A stretch of DNA of 64,000 nucleotides from Pristiophorus japonicus (Eukaryota), in the NCBI RefSeq assembly GCF_044704955.1, contig NC_091989.1:54188001-54252000 (forward strand), read 5' to 3'. Every line of letters begins with the position of its first letter. Within the stretch, counting starts at the first letter, position 1. A model generated the notes under the pieces. The model did not search any database and had not been told where the DNA came from. It saw only the letters and a list, made by a program, of their open reading frames with translations. This document shows, in pieces, positions 22,771 through 36,671 of the stretch. The position numbers and the translations under genes were made by a program.

Positions 22771-24885
22771 GGGGGGTAATTTTACTTGCAGGAGGTTGTG
22801 GGTTTGAGAACGGATGGGGGGTTTCAAAGAGCAGAAATTGACAACGTATCAGGAAACTGGCAGCAACCCGCCAACATCCGCAATTAACCCAAGTGCGTTA
22901 GGCTGCGTGCAAGCAACCTCCTCAGGAGAGACGGGTTGCCAATTTCAATATGCTAATAGCTCATTAAAGGCAATATTAACATGGTTTTTTGGATTTAACT
23001 GCGGGTGCACGGTTTTCCTGGGCTTCCTGGAACTGGCCAGTGAAAGCAAGGCGTGCTCACAACGGCAATTGAAGGGGCTGAAGCAATAACAGGCAAATAT
23101 TCCAATAAGTACTGAAATCTCCCAGCTGCTTTCTTGTCTGATTGTGTGAAAGGTTTTTGTTCACAGTACCTGTGCTGAGAGGTTACTGACACAACTTTAT
23201 AGGTTACCTGCACTACTTTACAGGTTACCTGCACTAATTTGGAGGTTTGTACATCTGATCTCCATGTTGCAGCTGTTATCGATGAGATCAGCATGGATGC
23301 TGCTTATGCTGTTTTACTTTGGGCCTCAGATGAGGACCAAGATGACCAGCAACATCAACAGCACCAGCAACAGGAACTCCACCCGCAGCACCAGCTGGAG
23401 GAGCCATAGCCTGCTCCTCACAGACCTGCTGCCCCACAGGAGAGAGGATATGAGCAGAGAGGTGCAGCTCACAGGAGGCCATACCCACAACACAGGGTGC
23501 ACAAGCAGAGGATGAGCTTCCTGGATGTGTCGGAGGCTCAGGGTCTTGCGTTAGGGGCGAGCAGACATTTGCAGCCTGCTGCCAAGTGAACCTAGTGGCC
23601 ACACTTTACCAGTCGCTATCAAAGTCACCACCGCCCTTAACTTCTTTGACTCTGGCTCCTTCCAGGGCTCTGCCAGAGACATTTGCAGGATCTTGCAGTT
23701 GGCAGCCCACAAATTCATAAGCCAAGTGAGTGATGACATGTTTGCCAGGCCAGGCAATTATTACACTTTGCCACCGATGATGCCAATCAGAATGAGCTGG
23801 CCTCCCACTGGTGTAGAGTGTCATGAACTGCAGGCAGGCGGCAATGAAAGGACCCTCAGATTACTCAGGAATAGTGATCAACCACAAGGGCTTCCACTAC
23901 ATCAATGTGCAGCCATATGCAATCACACAAAGATGTTTCTGCAGCTAATGATGCTTTTGTCCTGCGCCAATCCATCCTCCCTGATCTTTTCGTACCTTGA
24001 AGCAGACTTACTGGCTGGCTGCTGGGAGATAAGGATAGCCACTTAAAATGTGGCTGATACCACCTGTGAGACACCCAACCAAAAAGTCCCAGGAGTGACA
24101 CAATGAAAGCCATATGACAACCAGATGTGTCATTGAGCAAGCAATTGGCATGCTGAAGTTGCATTTCAGGTGCCTCGGCAGATCTGAAGGTGCCCCTCAG
24201 TACGCACTGGCCAGGGTCTCCAGAATGGTCGCGGTGTGCTGTGCACTACACAACATTGCACAGCAGCAAGGTTTGGACCTTCAAGAGGAATAAAGCGCAG
24301 AGCACAAAGCTGCTTCCGACAATTCCGAGGAGGAGGAGGAGAAGGAAGAGGAACGTGATGCGACCAATGCACCAACAGTAGTGCCCAGTGTACCCAGGAT
24401 GCCCTCATACTGCAAGGTTCAGTTAGGTTCCACCAATGCACCCATCTGGCAGCCACATGCAAAAGGCATTTCCCCCCACCTCCTTCCCCCAACACAAAGC
24501 AGTCGTGCAAACAAACATGCATCCCTTTCACAGCCTCTCCTTTGCTCGTTTTAACATTCATCACGTGAAAAGGCCACGCCAGACAGCAACCAAAAATGGG
24601 CAACACAGGAAGTGGTGGAAACAATTAATATTTATGTGGCTCAAAAATGAAACAGAAACTTAACAATCTAACAATGTGCAACACATCATGTGCGTACTCT
24701 TGTGCAACTGCAAAGCTTTACTCTTCCTTTTCTGTGCACTGCTACGTGGTACAACCCCTGTGGCTTCAGCAGAGGCAGAGGGAGGCTGCTCAAATCCCTG
24801 CTCGGACTGCTGAGATGCTTTTGGCCTCGTCCTCTGGGTTTTGGAGCCCGTAAGGGCCCCACCAAAGACTGCTCCACCTGTAATG
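22771..24885 (+). mobile_element. Degenerate Harbinger element with transposase fragments (~23293-24425)
   Basis: KVTTALNFFDSGSFQGSARDIC, KGFHYINVQ, WLLGDK, VIEQAIGMLKLHFRC, CCALHN. GGGG-start TIR-like end at ~22771. Confidence 0.8.
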
Positions 24886-24894
24886 ATTTTAAAA

Positions 24895-24962
24895 AATGAC
24901 TTACATTTATATAGTGACTTTCACGACCACCGGCCGTCTCAAAGCGCTTTACAGCCAATGAC
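24895..24962 (-). mobile_element. DeuSINE 3' tail fragment
   Basis: Reverse complement of the tail of the SINE at 37920-37990 (TGTAAAGCGCTTTGAGACG...CTATATAAAT). Confidence 0.75.
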
Positions 24963-24964
24963 TA

Positions 24965-25350
24965 CAACACAGAAGGTGGCCATTCAGACCATCGTGCCTG
25001 TATTGGTTCTTTGAAAGAGCTATGCAATTAGTCCCCTGCTCTTTCCCCATAGCCCTGAAAATGTTTTCTTCAAATCGTTATCCAATTCATTTTTGAAAGT
25101 TATTATTGAATCTGCTTCCACCACCCTTTCAGGCAGTGCATTCCAGATATTAGCAACTCGATGGGTAAAAAAAGATTTTCCTTGTGTCACTTCTGGTTCT
25201 TTTGCCCATTACCTTAAATTAGTGTCCTTCAGTTACCAATCTTTATGCCACTGGAAACAGTTTCTCCTTATTTACTCTATCAAAGTCCTTCACGATTTTG
25301 AACATCTTTACCAAACTTCCCCTTAACCTTCTCTGTTCTAAGGAGAAGTC
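24965..25350 (-). mobile_element. CR1-type LINE 3' fragment
   Basis: Reverse complement of the CR1 3' end, same type as 17146-17372. Confidence 0.75.
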
Positions 25351-25549
25351 CATAGGGCCAGCCTGGCAGCCATGTTTTTCAGGACTTGGTCAACTCAGTC
25401 GGTGGTGGTATTATCATGGAAGTGCCCCACCCAGAGCACATTCTGCGCTCTTGCTTCCCTCAGAACTTCCTCAAAATTATGTTCAACATAAAGGCATACT
25501 AATTTGTTAGCTGGGGGTGTTGGGGGGGCGGGCGGGGGGAATGGTGGGG

Positions 25550-26184
25550 GTTAGACAGTACTGATCAACAAAGAGGTTTACTTCACCCTGTCTAGTCTGA
25601 AGCCATGAGACTTCATGGAGTCCAGAGTCAATGTTGAGGACTTAAAAGGTCACTCTCATCTGACTGTATATCACCACCTTTAATAGGCCTCTTGTGCCAC
25701 GGTGGGATGTGAGATAGTGATGGAAAAATCTGTCGTCTGACCGATACAATTTTGTTAGCATGGCCAAGTCAGGCTGTTTCCTGACTTATCTGTAAGATAA
25801 TTCTCCCAACTAGAGCACCCACCCTCAGGTGTTGGTGAGGAGGACTTTGCAGGGTTGCCTGCAAATTACCCTAAAATTGATATATCGGTCATCACCAAAA
25901 GGTCCAACTGATTTTCTTCTTATTTGAACTTTGTAATGATTGTTTACAATTTGGTGGCTTTCTGTGGCATTTCAGAGAGCGTTAAGAATCAGTCACATAG
26001 TGTGCGACAACATTCAATTGTAGGACAGACTGGGTAGGGGTGACAGGCTCCCTTACTGAAGGACATGCGTGAACCAGTTGGGTTTTTGTAACAAAGTTCA
26101 TGGTAATTTTTTTGGTGTTAGCCCACAAATTAATTACCAGAATTATTGAACTCAATTTCACAATGTGCCATGTGATTTGAACTC
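25550..26184 (-). mobile_element. Old LINE 5' fragment (endonuclease start and 5' UTR)
   Basis: Degenerate resemblance to the N-terminal region of shark CR1/L2-type ORF2. No intact ORF. Confidence 0.4.
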
Positions 26185-26187
26185 ACT

Positions 26188-26985
26188 GGGGCCGAAATTG
26201 CCCCTCTCCTTAAGACCAGTTACCACGGCAACTCATCAGCCACGCTGCAGAGTGGAGTGGCCGCCGACTTTTCATGGAATGGCCGCCGATAACCCAATTG
26301 CCCTTCCCATGTTTCCCGGCTGTGCCCTGATCCCCCCGCTACTGCTCCACTGCTGCCGATCCGTGTTAAGCACGTCATCACCATGCACACCACCGATCTA
26401 CTCCCCCGACGACGACATTCCCCTCTGAAAATCTTCCGCCTGCCGGCGATGCCAAAACCTATTTTTTCCCGGTGGTTCAGTGCGGTGTGGCTTCCCTTAA
26501 AGGGGAGGATGCATTGCCGCTGCCGCCATGTTTTTTTTTGTCGGCCGACTGCCACGTCGGGCCAACAATTATGCCCCTGGGTTCGGCCGAGCCACCGACA
26601 GGCAACCTGGCACCCCCTCTTGAGTGCCAGGCTGCTGGCCCAGTCGAAACCCTCCCTGGTGGCCCAGTGGGCCAAAGTTTTTAAATCGTGAAGGCTCTCC
26701 CCTTTAAGTGAAGGGGAGAGCTGTGGTGACATGGCGCCATGATGACATGGCGCCATGATGATGTCATCACGGCAATCACTCCACACTGCCCCTCAGCTGT
26801 TGCCACCGCTGCATATCCGCCCCTCTCATGTATCCACCCCCATCAGGAGCGACTTACGGATCCGAATTAAAAAAAACAACAAAGAGCGGAATTTTGCTCA
26901 AGAGGTGACCTCAACACAGCTGCAGTAAAAACTATCGAAACGGGGTGTGTGCGCTCTGTTTCGGGCGCAGGGCAATTTCTACCCC
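26188..26985. mobile_element. Harbinger-type MITE
   Basis: TIRs GGGGCCGAAATTGCCC / GGGCAATTTCTACCCC. 3-bp TSD ACT at 26185-26187 and 26986-26988. GC-rich and non-coding. Confidence 0.85.
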
Positions 26986-27106
26986 ACTACCTCTTAGTTG
27001 CTGGTCTAATATCATAACTACTATGCTATTGTACGCATGAGTAACTCCAGCACACTAATGTAGGAGGAAATTATCTCAGGAGACAGTATCAAACCCCTTG
27101 CGTTAT

Positions 27107-28360
27107 AAGAACATAGGACCCTAGGAACAGAAGTAGGCCATATGGCCCCTCGAGCCATTCAATGAGATCATGGCTGATTTGTGACTAACTCCATATACCC
27201 CATATCCCTTAATACCCATGGTTAACAAAAATCTATCAATCTCAGATTTAAAATTAACAATTGATCTAACATCAGTTACCATTTGTGGAAGAAAGTTCCA
27301 AACTTCTACCACCATTTGTGTGTAGAAATGTTTCCTAATTTCACTCCTGAGAGGTCTGGCTCTAATCTTTAGACTATGCCCCTAATCATAGACTCCCAAC
27401 CAGCGAAAACATTTTCTCTCTATCTACCCTATCTGTTCCCCTTAATATCTTGAAAACTTTGATCAAATCACCCCTTAACTTTTTAAATTCCAGAGAAGAC
27501 AACCCTAGTTTGTATTATCTCTCCTCGTAACTTAACCCCTGGAGTCCAGGTATCATTTTGGTAAACCTATGCTGCACTCCCTCCATGTCCAATATATCCT
27601 TCCTAAAGTGTAGTGCACAGAACTGCTCACAGTTCTCCAGGTGTGGTCTAACCAGGGTTTTGTATAGTTGTGGCATAACTTCTACCCCCTTGTATTCTGG
27701 TTCCCTAGATAAAAAGGTCAACATTCCATTAGCCTTTTGAATAATTTTCTGTACCAGTTCATGACATTGTAATGATCTGTGTACCTGGGCCCCCAAGTCT
27801 CTTTGGACCTCCTAGGTTTTTAGCTTTTCACCATTTTAAAAGTACCCTGATCTATCCTTTCTAGGTACAAAGTGGATAACATCACATTTGACTACGTTGA
27901 AATCCATTTGCCACAGTTTCACCCAATCATTTAATCTATCAATATCTCTCTGTAATTTTATGCTTTCATCTTCACTGCCTACAATGCTACTTATCTTTGT
28001 GTCATCGGCAAATTTGGATATGTGGCTTTCTAACCCATCAGCTAAGTCGTTAATAAATACGATGAATAGTAGAGGCCCCACTACAGATCCCAACGGAACA
28101 CCACTAGTCACATCCTGCCAAATAAAGTACCTGCCCATTATCCCTGCACTCTATCTCCTGCCACTCAGCCAATTTCCTAACCAGGTCAATAAGTTGCTTT
28201 CAATTCCATGGGCTTCAACCTTAGTTAACAGCCTCTTATGAGGGACTTTATCAAATGCCTTCTGGAAGTCCATATAAATAACATCCATAGACATCCCACT
28301 GAGCAATACTTTAGTCACCGCTTCAAAAAATTCAATCAGGTTCGTCAGTCATCACCTGCC
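27107..28360 (-). mobile_element. CR1 LINE, RT domain plus 3' end
   Basis: VTSGVPLGSVVGPLLF...SKFADDTK and LVRPHLENCEQF. Confidence 0.95.
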
Positions 28361-28376
28361 TTATATATGAATTAAG

Positions 28377-28407
28377 AGTGTCGGCTGTGGCTCAGTGGGG
28401 AGCACTC
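28377..28407 (+). mobile_element. 5' head of a tRNA-derived DeuSINE (split by Tx1)
   Basis: GCTGTGGCTCAGTGG A-box; the element continues at 37540. Confidence 0.7.
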
Positions 28408-28533
28408 GAGGTGGGAGGGGCTGGGAGTGAGCAGGTGCTGCTGGTTACTGCAGGAGTTGGAGTGAGTTTGTAAAAGATTGTTGGTGTTTTTTTTCAAATT
28501 TTAGGGCCGTTCTGGCCCATAAACATCAGCCAG

Positions 28534-30155
28534 ATGGCTGCTGAGGGGCCTGGAGTGCTGGGCCCCTCAGAAGACAATGCTCCCAGGATGAATTTAATCA
28601 GGGGAGAAAATGTCTTAAGAAGGGAGAATAAAAGGCCCAAATATTTGGGCCGAGACCCCAGGAGGTTTGGAAAAGAAAACACAGTGCTGGTTCACTGCCA
28701 GGATAAGGAGATTTGAGCTTGGGATATCATCCAGGCAGTACATGAGGACTGCAGTGAGGGAAGTTGCTTTGCCGAATATTGGATTCAAAGTGATGGTCAG
28801 TGGCTGAGAGGAAGTGGAAAGAATTTTACTGAGCCTGAAGGTTGGTGAGAAGTACTTGGATGTATCTTTGCTGTATTCTGAAGAAGTGGTGGTTTCATTC
28901 TTAAACCTGCCGGTTTATGTTAAGGACGATGTGCTGATAAAAAAGTTGGAGTCGTAGGACATTAAACTTTGCTCAGTAATAAAGAGGAGATACTATCCTG
29001 GAACGCGGGTAGCCAATGGAACCTGTTATGTAAAAGTGAGGTACCCAGAGGGAGTGAAGTCATTACCCTACCGCATAAAATTCGAGACAATGAAAGGAAT
29101 GCAGTACTTTCAGGTTCTGCATGATAACCAAGTGAATGTTTGCTATTACTGTCTTGGACATGACCATCTAGTAAGAAGTTGTCCAGACCTGTATTGTTAC
29201 AACTGTGGCGAGTCTAGACACATCGCTCTGAACTGCAAGGCAAAGAGCTGTGCGGTTTGTCATAAAGGCCCCACCTGCTGTGAGTATGAGGCAGCTGGAA
29301 GCCCCTTGAGCGACGAGGAGATGAGAGAAGGAGCAGAAGGTGTGAGTGGAGTGGCCAGAGGAGGGAGCAAGCGCGGAGGACACAGCCGCCAAACGGAATG
29401 AGGAAAGAGCGCAAGAAGAGGCAGAACATTGCGGAGCAGAAAACAGGATGGAGATGGTGGAAAACACACCAAGTATGGTGGAAAAGGACAAAGTCAGCGG
29501 AGGATATCACGGGTCAAGGACAGTGATATAACTCATCTCTCCCTAAAAAATCAGGTGTCCATGGGGGGAAGAAGAGGCGGGTGCGGGGTGCGGGATAAGT
29601 GTAAGTACTCCAAAGAGAGATGGGGAATTGTACATCTTGGTGGGGGGGGGGGGGGGGTTGGCGCAGGGGCGCAAGTCCAGGCAAAGGTGCAAGAGGCAGG
29701 AGCCTTAAAGGAGCAGCAATACGGGAGTGTGAAGACAAAGACGCCAAAAGGGAGCAAGCTGGGTGGAGACGCGCCATTGTCCCAGAGAGAGAAGAAACAG
29801 GGAGCAAGGGTCAGCAATGGAGGTGAGGCCGAAGGGAGTGGCACTGTTAGAGAAACCATGTTAGAAGGAGGACTCTCTAAGGGAGATTCTGCATCTGATG
29901 GGGAACAGGGACAGGAGATTACAGAGGAGCTAGAGAGTGAGGAGTCAGAGGAGGATGGAGACATGGAATTGGGGGGTGAGGGGTTCGTCATGTGGAAAGA
30001 GAAAGGTTAGTGAGGGGCAGAAGGAGGGTGAAGGGGCAGTTCCGCTGCCTAAATTAATGTAAGGAAGAGGCTAAAACTGCAGAGAAAGTTTAAACAGGTG
30101 GTAAAAAAGAGCCGGAGGCTGCAGGAGAAAGCAACAGGTTGGGAAGGAGAATGAG
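28534..30155 (+). pseudogene. Tx1 family A ORF1 (CCHC zinc knuckles)
   Basis: VVSFLNLPVYVKDD, CYYCLGHDHLVRSC, CYNCGESRHIALNC and an acidic tail. Disrupted. Confidence 0.8.
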
Positions 30156-33100
30156 AGGAGGGAAGGGCCTGAGATTAAATGATGATGGGGGAATTATCAG
30201 GCACACTTCTTTTATTAGGAGCAATGATTACATTGGTTTCGATCAATATGAACGGGCTGAGGGTGAAGAAGAAATTGCAGCAGTTGTTATAGTGTTTTAA
30301 AGGCACTGACTTGTTGTGTCTGCAAGAAGCCTTTGGGATGAGGATATCCTAGAAAGAGTTTGGAAGGTTTTGAAGGGAGAAGTGTTTGCAATTTGCGCAA
30401 ATAATAACCGTCGAGGTGTTGCTGTTTTAGTAAGTTTGTCCATAAAAGAGAGCGTTGCATTGGTGGACAAGGACACTGAGGGGAGATTTTTACAGCCAAA
30501 GGTGCAAATGGATGAATTGAATTGTGATCTCTTTAATAGCTATGCACAAAATTACTATTGCAAGAGTCGTGAGTTTTTTCAGTGGTTATTCATAGAAGTG
30601 GCAGAGATGGAAAACCCTTGTATAGTGGGGGATTTTAATGTATTTTTATCTCGGATGGACATTTCAGCCCAGATGTCCTTTAAGGATGATAATTCCAGAG
30701 GGATGATTATAAAAATGATGGCAAATTTAAATTTGAGAGACGTATGGAGGGATCGGAACCCCATAAAAAGGGAGTTCTCCAGAAGAGTTGTGTGAGTGAT
30801 GTTTTAAAATAGAGCAGAATAGATTTTGTGTTAATGTGGGAAGGATTAAGTTCTGAGGTGATGGAGATTTATTATAAAAAAGTGTTTCTTAGTGACCACT
30901 CGGCTTTGGTTCTTAAAATTAGGAACAGCAGAGTTAAGATCGGTCCAGGGGTATGGATTTTAAACAATCAGTACCTGAAAGAAATTGCTTTTAAAGAAGT
31001 GATTTTAAATATAATAAAGAATGCGTGGAAGGAACCTTTATTCTTGAAAGAAAAAAGAGTTTGGTGGGACAATTTCAAATATGGTAAAGGTTTTTTCGGT
31101 ACATTATGAGAAAGAGAAAGCAACAGCTAACTGGCATCAAGAAGAGAATATAAATAGAAGGTTTACAGATATCTCTAAAGCAGTTGATGGAGGGGATAAG
31201 GGAGCAGAGACTAAGTGGAAGGTTTTAAAAGAAGAGTGGGAATTATTGCCAGCTGAAAAATGCAAGGGGCCATTCTCCGTGCAGAGTCTAAAGATGCATT
31301 GGAGGGAGAAAGATGCACTCGATATTTTCCAGAACAAGAGAAGTTGCGACAAAGTTATCATTAATTGGATAGTTGAAGGTTGGGGAAAAGATCATTAATG
31401 AAAGTGGGGAGATTATGGAGGCGGCTAGTAGCTTTTATCAAGAGTTATATACAAAAGAAGACATTTGCAAATTGGCACTGAAGAAGGTTAGTGTTTTTAT
31501 TGAAGAGGGTTTAAAGGAGGATGAGAGAAGCAAGTGTGACAAAGAAATAGGATTAGTGGAAATAAAAGTAGCAGTAAGTGGAATGAAGGGGGAAAAAGCT
31601 CAAGGTCCAATGGACTAAGTGCAGAATTTCATAAAGAATTTTTAGAGATTTTGTCCATTGGTCTTAGAGGTTTTTAAGGAGATTGAAATCGAGGGAAGCC
31701 TGGCCCCATCTATGAGGAGAGGTATCATAAGCTTAGCTTATAAAAATAAAGGGGATTGAAGGGATGTGAAGAATTAGAGGCCCATCACATTATTAAATTT
31801 AAATTATAAGATCTTAGCGAGGGTTATGGCAAATCGTATGAAGGAGGTGACGCCACAGATAGTTTCGCCCTCACAGTCCTATGGAGTCATTTATGGCTGG
31901 GACATTGTTGACTGTGGTCTCAATCTGAGATGCAAAGAACTCATGGAAGAGAGTGGGAGGGAAGTTTATGTGCTAAAGATGGATCAAGAGAAAGCCATTG
32001 ATAGAGTCTCTCATTAGTTTTTATTGATGGTTTTGGAAGCATTTGGTTTGGAAAAAATTTCATTGAGTGGATAAGGATTTTTTATTCAAACATATTTAGC
32101 TGTGTTAAATGTAATGGTTTTTTATCCAAGTATTTTCCAATACAGAGATCAGTGAGACAGGGCTATTCCCTGTCCCCATTGGTAGCAAAACCATTAGGTT
32201 ACATGATGCAAAAGGAACAAGGCGTAGTCGAGATTGCGGTTCCCAATCGGTGATACACCAATATGCAGATGACATGACCTTCACGTTGAGAGATGGGGAG
32301 TCAGTGAGGAAAACTATGGGAGTAGTGGAGGAGTATTGTAGAGCTTCAGGAGCCAGAGTAAATTATAGTAAGTCCCAATGCCTGGTTGTGGGAAGGACTA
32401 GGGGGGAGGAAAGCCCTTTTAAGGTGGTGGAGGTTTTAGAAGTTCTGGGGATGCATATGGGGTGCAAGAAGGATAGGGATGAAGTGAATCAACTAAATTG
32501 GGAACCAAAGGTTATGAAAATGTAAAAAGATTTTGGGAAGATAGGAAAGAAGATGGTTGAAAGTGCAAGGAAGAGCGACAGTGGTGTCAGCTCTCCTGCT
32601 ATCCAAACTATGGTACTTATTGATGGTGGAGGATATTCCTGAGTGGGAGGAAAAATCCATCCGAGAGGCTTGTGTGAGGTTTTAAGGGAAGGGAAACCAG
32701 CCTTGGTTGCTTACAGTACCATCATTGGACAGCGGAATCAGGGACGACTCAATTTCCCAGATATTTATTTGAAGAAAAAATCCTTTAGAATTAAATGGAT
32801 GAAGAGATTTCTTCAGAAGTCAAATACAAGTTTTTGGAAGAGTTGTTTCCAGCACTTTTTTTAATTAAGTGGGATAGGAGGACAGGGAATATTTTATATG
32901 GATTACAACAATATGTTTTTGAAATCGATTAAACCTCTCCCTAGGTATTATAAAGAGGTTGTAGACACTTGGGCCCAATTTTTTTAAAGTGTGCAGGTTA
33001 TGCCCAAAGGTGCTGAGGAATTTTTAGAACAGCCCTTATTTTTGAACAGGTTGAAGGAGAGCTTTATTTAATCAAGCTTTTAGAAAAACTGGTATTATAT

Positions 33101-33167
33101 ATGTGAAAGATGTATTATATGAGGTAATTCTAAGTTGGTTGCCGGAAGCGGTAATGAGGGACACAAA

Positions 33168-36100
33168 GGCTAGAAATTCATCATATTACCGCCCACTTAC
33201 CGCTCCAAAATAGAAAATTGATGAAAATCGTCATTTACCACCCACATACTGCCCAAATAACGCCTGGTGGTAAATTCATCATTCATTTAGCACCAGCCTT
33301 ATGAAATACCGCCTAACCATCTTTTTCGACGTTATTTTGAGGTCATTAGTCGTGTAATGCCCAAACAAGGCCCAAAAATAACGCCGGCGGTAAATTCATC
33401 AATAAGATCCATTTTATAGCTGGACTGAAATACCGCCCTGAAAACACACATCTTACCTGATCTTAAGCCGGCCTTATCGACGCCATTTTGATTAAAGGAT
33501 AATTTGACAGAAGGCTGATTAGCATTAGTTATATCTTTACAGTTATTATGGAGTAGGCTTTTAAGGGTATTTAAAGGATTTTAAAGGCATTTTAACAATA
33601 TTTTGAATTATTTAAAGGAAATTTAAAGCCGTTTTACAAAATGGAATGGACATTTGTGTTTATTGAAGAGGATTTGAGGATATTTGAAAACATTTGTGGA
33701 GATTTAAATGAATGGCACCTGTAATATCTCAGCCTGTATTGCTGACTAATTATCTAATGCAGAATAGAGGTGGAAAAAGGTTTATTGCAGAGCATTATGA
33801 GAATAATAAAAGAGATCGTAGACTTATGAGGAGGAGGCCTTACCCCAACGAATTTTCAGGGAGAAGCGCTCATACCTGGATCTGACTGATACACGGCGCG
33901 TTAGAAGGTTGCGGGACCATCTGAAGAGAGAGTGGAGGAGGAGGAGGAAGAGAAGGAGAATGTGGAGCCTGGCGATGAAGCCATGCGACCACCACACCCA
34001 CCCCCCCAACCGCCCCCCACCCCCAACATCACAGCGGAGGCTTCGTGGAGCTTTCGCCACTGCAAAATTGTTACCACAGCAGCTCATAAATGAAGGCTTT
34101 ACTTGAACGGTGAGAGTTGTGTTTAAGCTTTGCCTGGCCACTGTATGGAACCAATGAGTACATTACCCCTCATCTTCTAAAAGTTAAACTCTGTACAACA
34201 ATGGTTTAGTTGAGTAAAAAGATTTCTATAAAATTTGAAAACTTTCAGAACTTTGTACAATTAACGTCATAAAGTATCTTTAGCAATTAACAATTAACAA
34301 TTAGCAACAACATTTTTCAATGAAGAAACAGTAACAATTAAAATAAATAACACTAGCAACAAATAAATAACAAGAACAAGAGCAACAGCAACAAAACAGC
34401 CTACACCCCTCCCACCACTCTCCCTGCACCAATTTTACCTGCAGTCACCACTCCCACTGCCCCTTTTACCCCCCCGCCGTGTTTATACCTTTTTTACTCC
34501 CATTTCCCCTACCCCTACTCCTGACTGCGGCAGGACCACAGCATTGTGCAGCCATGCCTCGGGCGCGCTGCTCTCGTTGGGAGATAGGCAGCGCAACCAC
34601 CAGAGAAGCAGGGGGTGTTAAAGACCCCATTTCAGAGTGGGAAGCCTGTTCCAGCTCCCCACCCTCAGGTGCTGTCGGCCTGACCGCTATGGCAATTGGG
34701 GATTCATTGCCATATGTCAGGCCCGTCAATCGCCGCAGGAAATCGACGGACTCAGTGTTCCGGTCCATCGCCGCAATCAGCCACAACATGTCCTCCAACT
34801 GCCGGGTAGATTGTGCGGTGCTGTTCCCAGCAACTGCAGCCATGACCTGGAGAAGCTCTCGACCCACATCGATGCTCAACCTCGACAGTCCCACCATATT
34901 CTGGTGCGCGCCTGCCTGTATCGGAACATTCCCGCTTTGTCGCATTAACCTCCGTGGATTTGGCTCAGTGGTTCGTACACTCGGGGTGCATTGCTGCACA
35001 CCGCTTGGTCCCGCAATTTCAGTGGCGGAGAACCCATGAAAAGTGGATCGCAAAGAGGAAGTGATGACCACAGGTAAAGTGATGAAGTCCTCTTCCTCCT
35101 CCTCCCCCACCACCTCCAGTGGACGAGTCACCAATACCCACGCAACAGCTGCTTCAGGCGCCGGGGTTGGGCGCACCTCCACTTCCTCATCTTCGTCCTT
35201 GTCTACCTTTCGCGACTCCTCATTTGCAACTAGAAAACAACATATGAGTGGTTCGCAGCAGGAGAAGGGTCAGGGTGACATGAGTACGTTCACCAAGAAA
35301 CAGTCATTTATTTACACTAACCCGAACACACAGAAAATGCATGACATTACAATACAATACAGTACATTACTGGACCCCAACATTACAGTACTTTATATTG
35401 TATTGACATGAAATGACATTAAATGACCGCAACAGAGACTGGGGATTTTGACGGACTTACCCTCCCCTACTACTGGATCGGCACCACCTTGGGTGACCAT
35501 CCAGCTGTACACACCCACGATTCCTAGTACCCGCTCCTCGAGGTCTGTCAACTCGAATACTTTTGGTGGTCCTCCACCCGTGAGCCGACACTCAGCACAA
35601 TTACTGGAATCCTTCTGCAAAAATGAAAGTATCATTGTTTAACCTACTTTACCGTCGACTCTTGCAGCAAACACAGATGGAAATCACAGCTGTATGTCCT
35701 TTATTTCATGTCACATTAATGTCCCATTAAGCAGTACACAGTTCATGAGGATGACACTGAATTGCACAAACATCTTTTTACATCTCCGAAAGCCCTCATA
35801 ATAAGATCATGCATGGCAAATAAGGTTTGACACTAAGCTTAACTATATCAGCATCTCATGTGTCACATTTAAATTTTAAATGATCATGTAATGCACGAAT
35901 AAAAATATTACTTACTCTCGCTTTTGAAAAGAGGTCATTCCACCTCTTGCGACATTGAGGTCCCTTACGAGGGGTTCTGATCACTGCAGACACCGCCTTG
36001 GTGATCTCCCACCATATTCTCTGGAACATGGCGGGGGGGTGGTTTTCCCCGACCACCCCTGGTCAGTTGCTGATACCTCCCTTCCACTTCATTCACTAAA

Positions 36101-36671
36101 TGCTCTTGGGCCTCGCCCTCAAACATCCTGGCCCTCTTCCATGCTAGCTTTGGTACTTGAGATATTCGGGAAAATGTAGTGGATTTATATTATTATTATT
36201 ATACTTATATTACTCTTTCTCTAAATTTTATATTATTATATTTATATATATCTTTCTCTCTCCTCATATGTCCTCTCTCCTTCCTCTCCACAGTCGCTCT
36301 ACTTTGACTCTGACTGTAACTATAACAGTAGCTATAACTGTCACTCAATGTGCATGTGCAACCCCGAAATGTGGGAAAAAAATGAAAAAAAAACGTTGAA
36401 GAAAAAAATACGCGCATCCGCAGAAGGCTGAAAGAAACTTCGAAAAAAAAACACACATGCGCAGAAGACTGTGCTTTTCGAACTGAAAAATCAGTTTGAT
36501 CTTGCATGACGACTCGATCGCCACCGTCTGCTGGACATCTGCCAAGGCCGGGTATGTTTTCACCAAACTTTCAGAGTTGGGCAATGGCGATCTTTGGCCG
36601 GTAAAAAAAAATTGGAAGGTTCAAATAGCACTGAGAAATGGTCGGTGGCGAATTTTGTAGAACTTCTAGCC
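33168..36671. mobile_element. Harbinger transposon with internally deleted transposase and Myb gene
   Basis: TIRs GGCTAGAAATTC / GAACTTCTAGCC (TSD not clean). Transposase N-terminus RRRPYPQRIFREKRSYLDL is joined directly to the C-terminus QQLINEGFT (33711-34106). Convergent Myb gene. Confidence 0.85.
34466..36142 (-). pseudogene. Harbinger Myb/SANT gene, 3 exons
   Basis: Exon 1 IWWEITKAVS...QCRKRWNDLFSKAR|GTAAGT. Exon 2 TGGGPPKVFELTDLEERVL. Exon 3 STFHGF...AGPS. Exon 1 is disrupted. Confidence 0.8.
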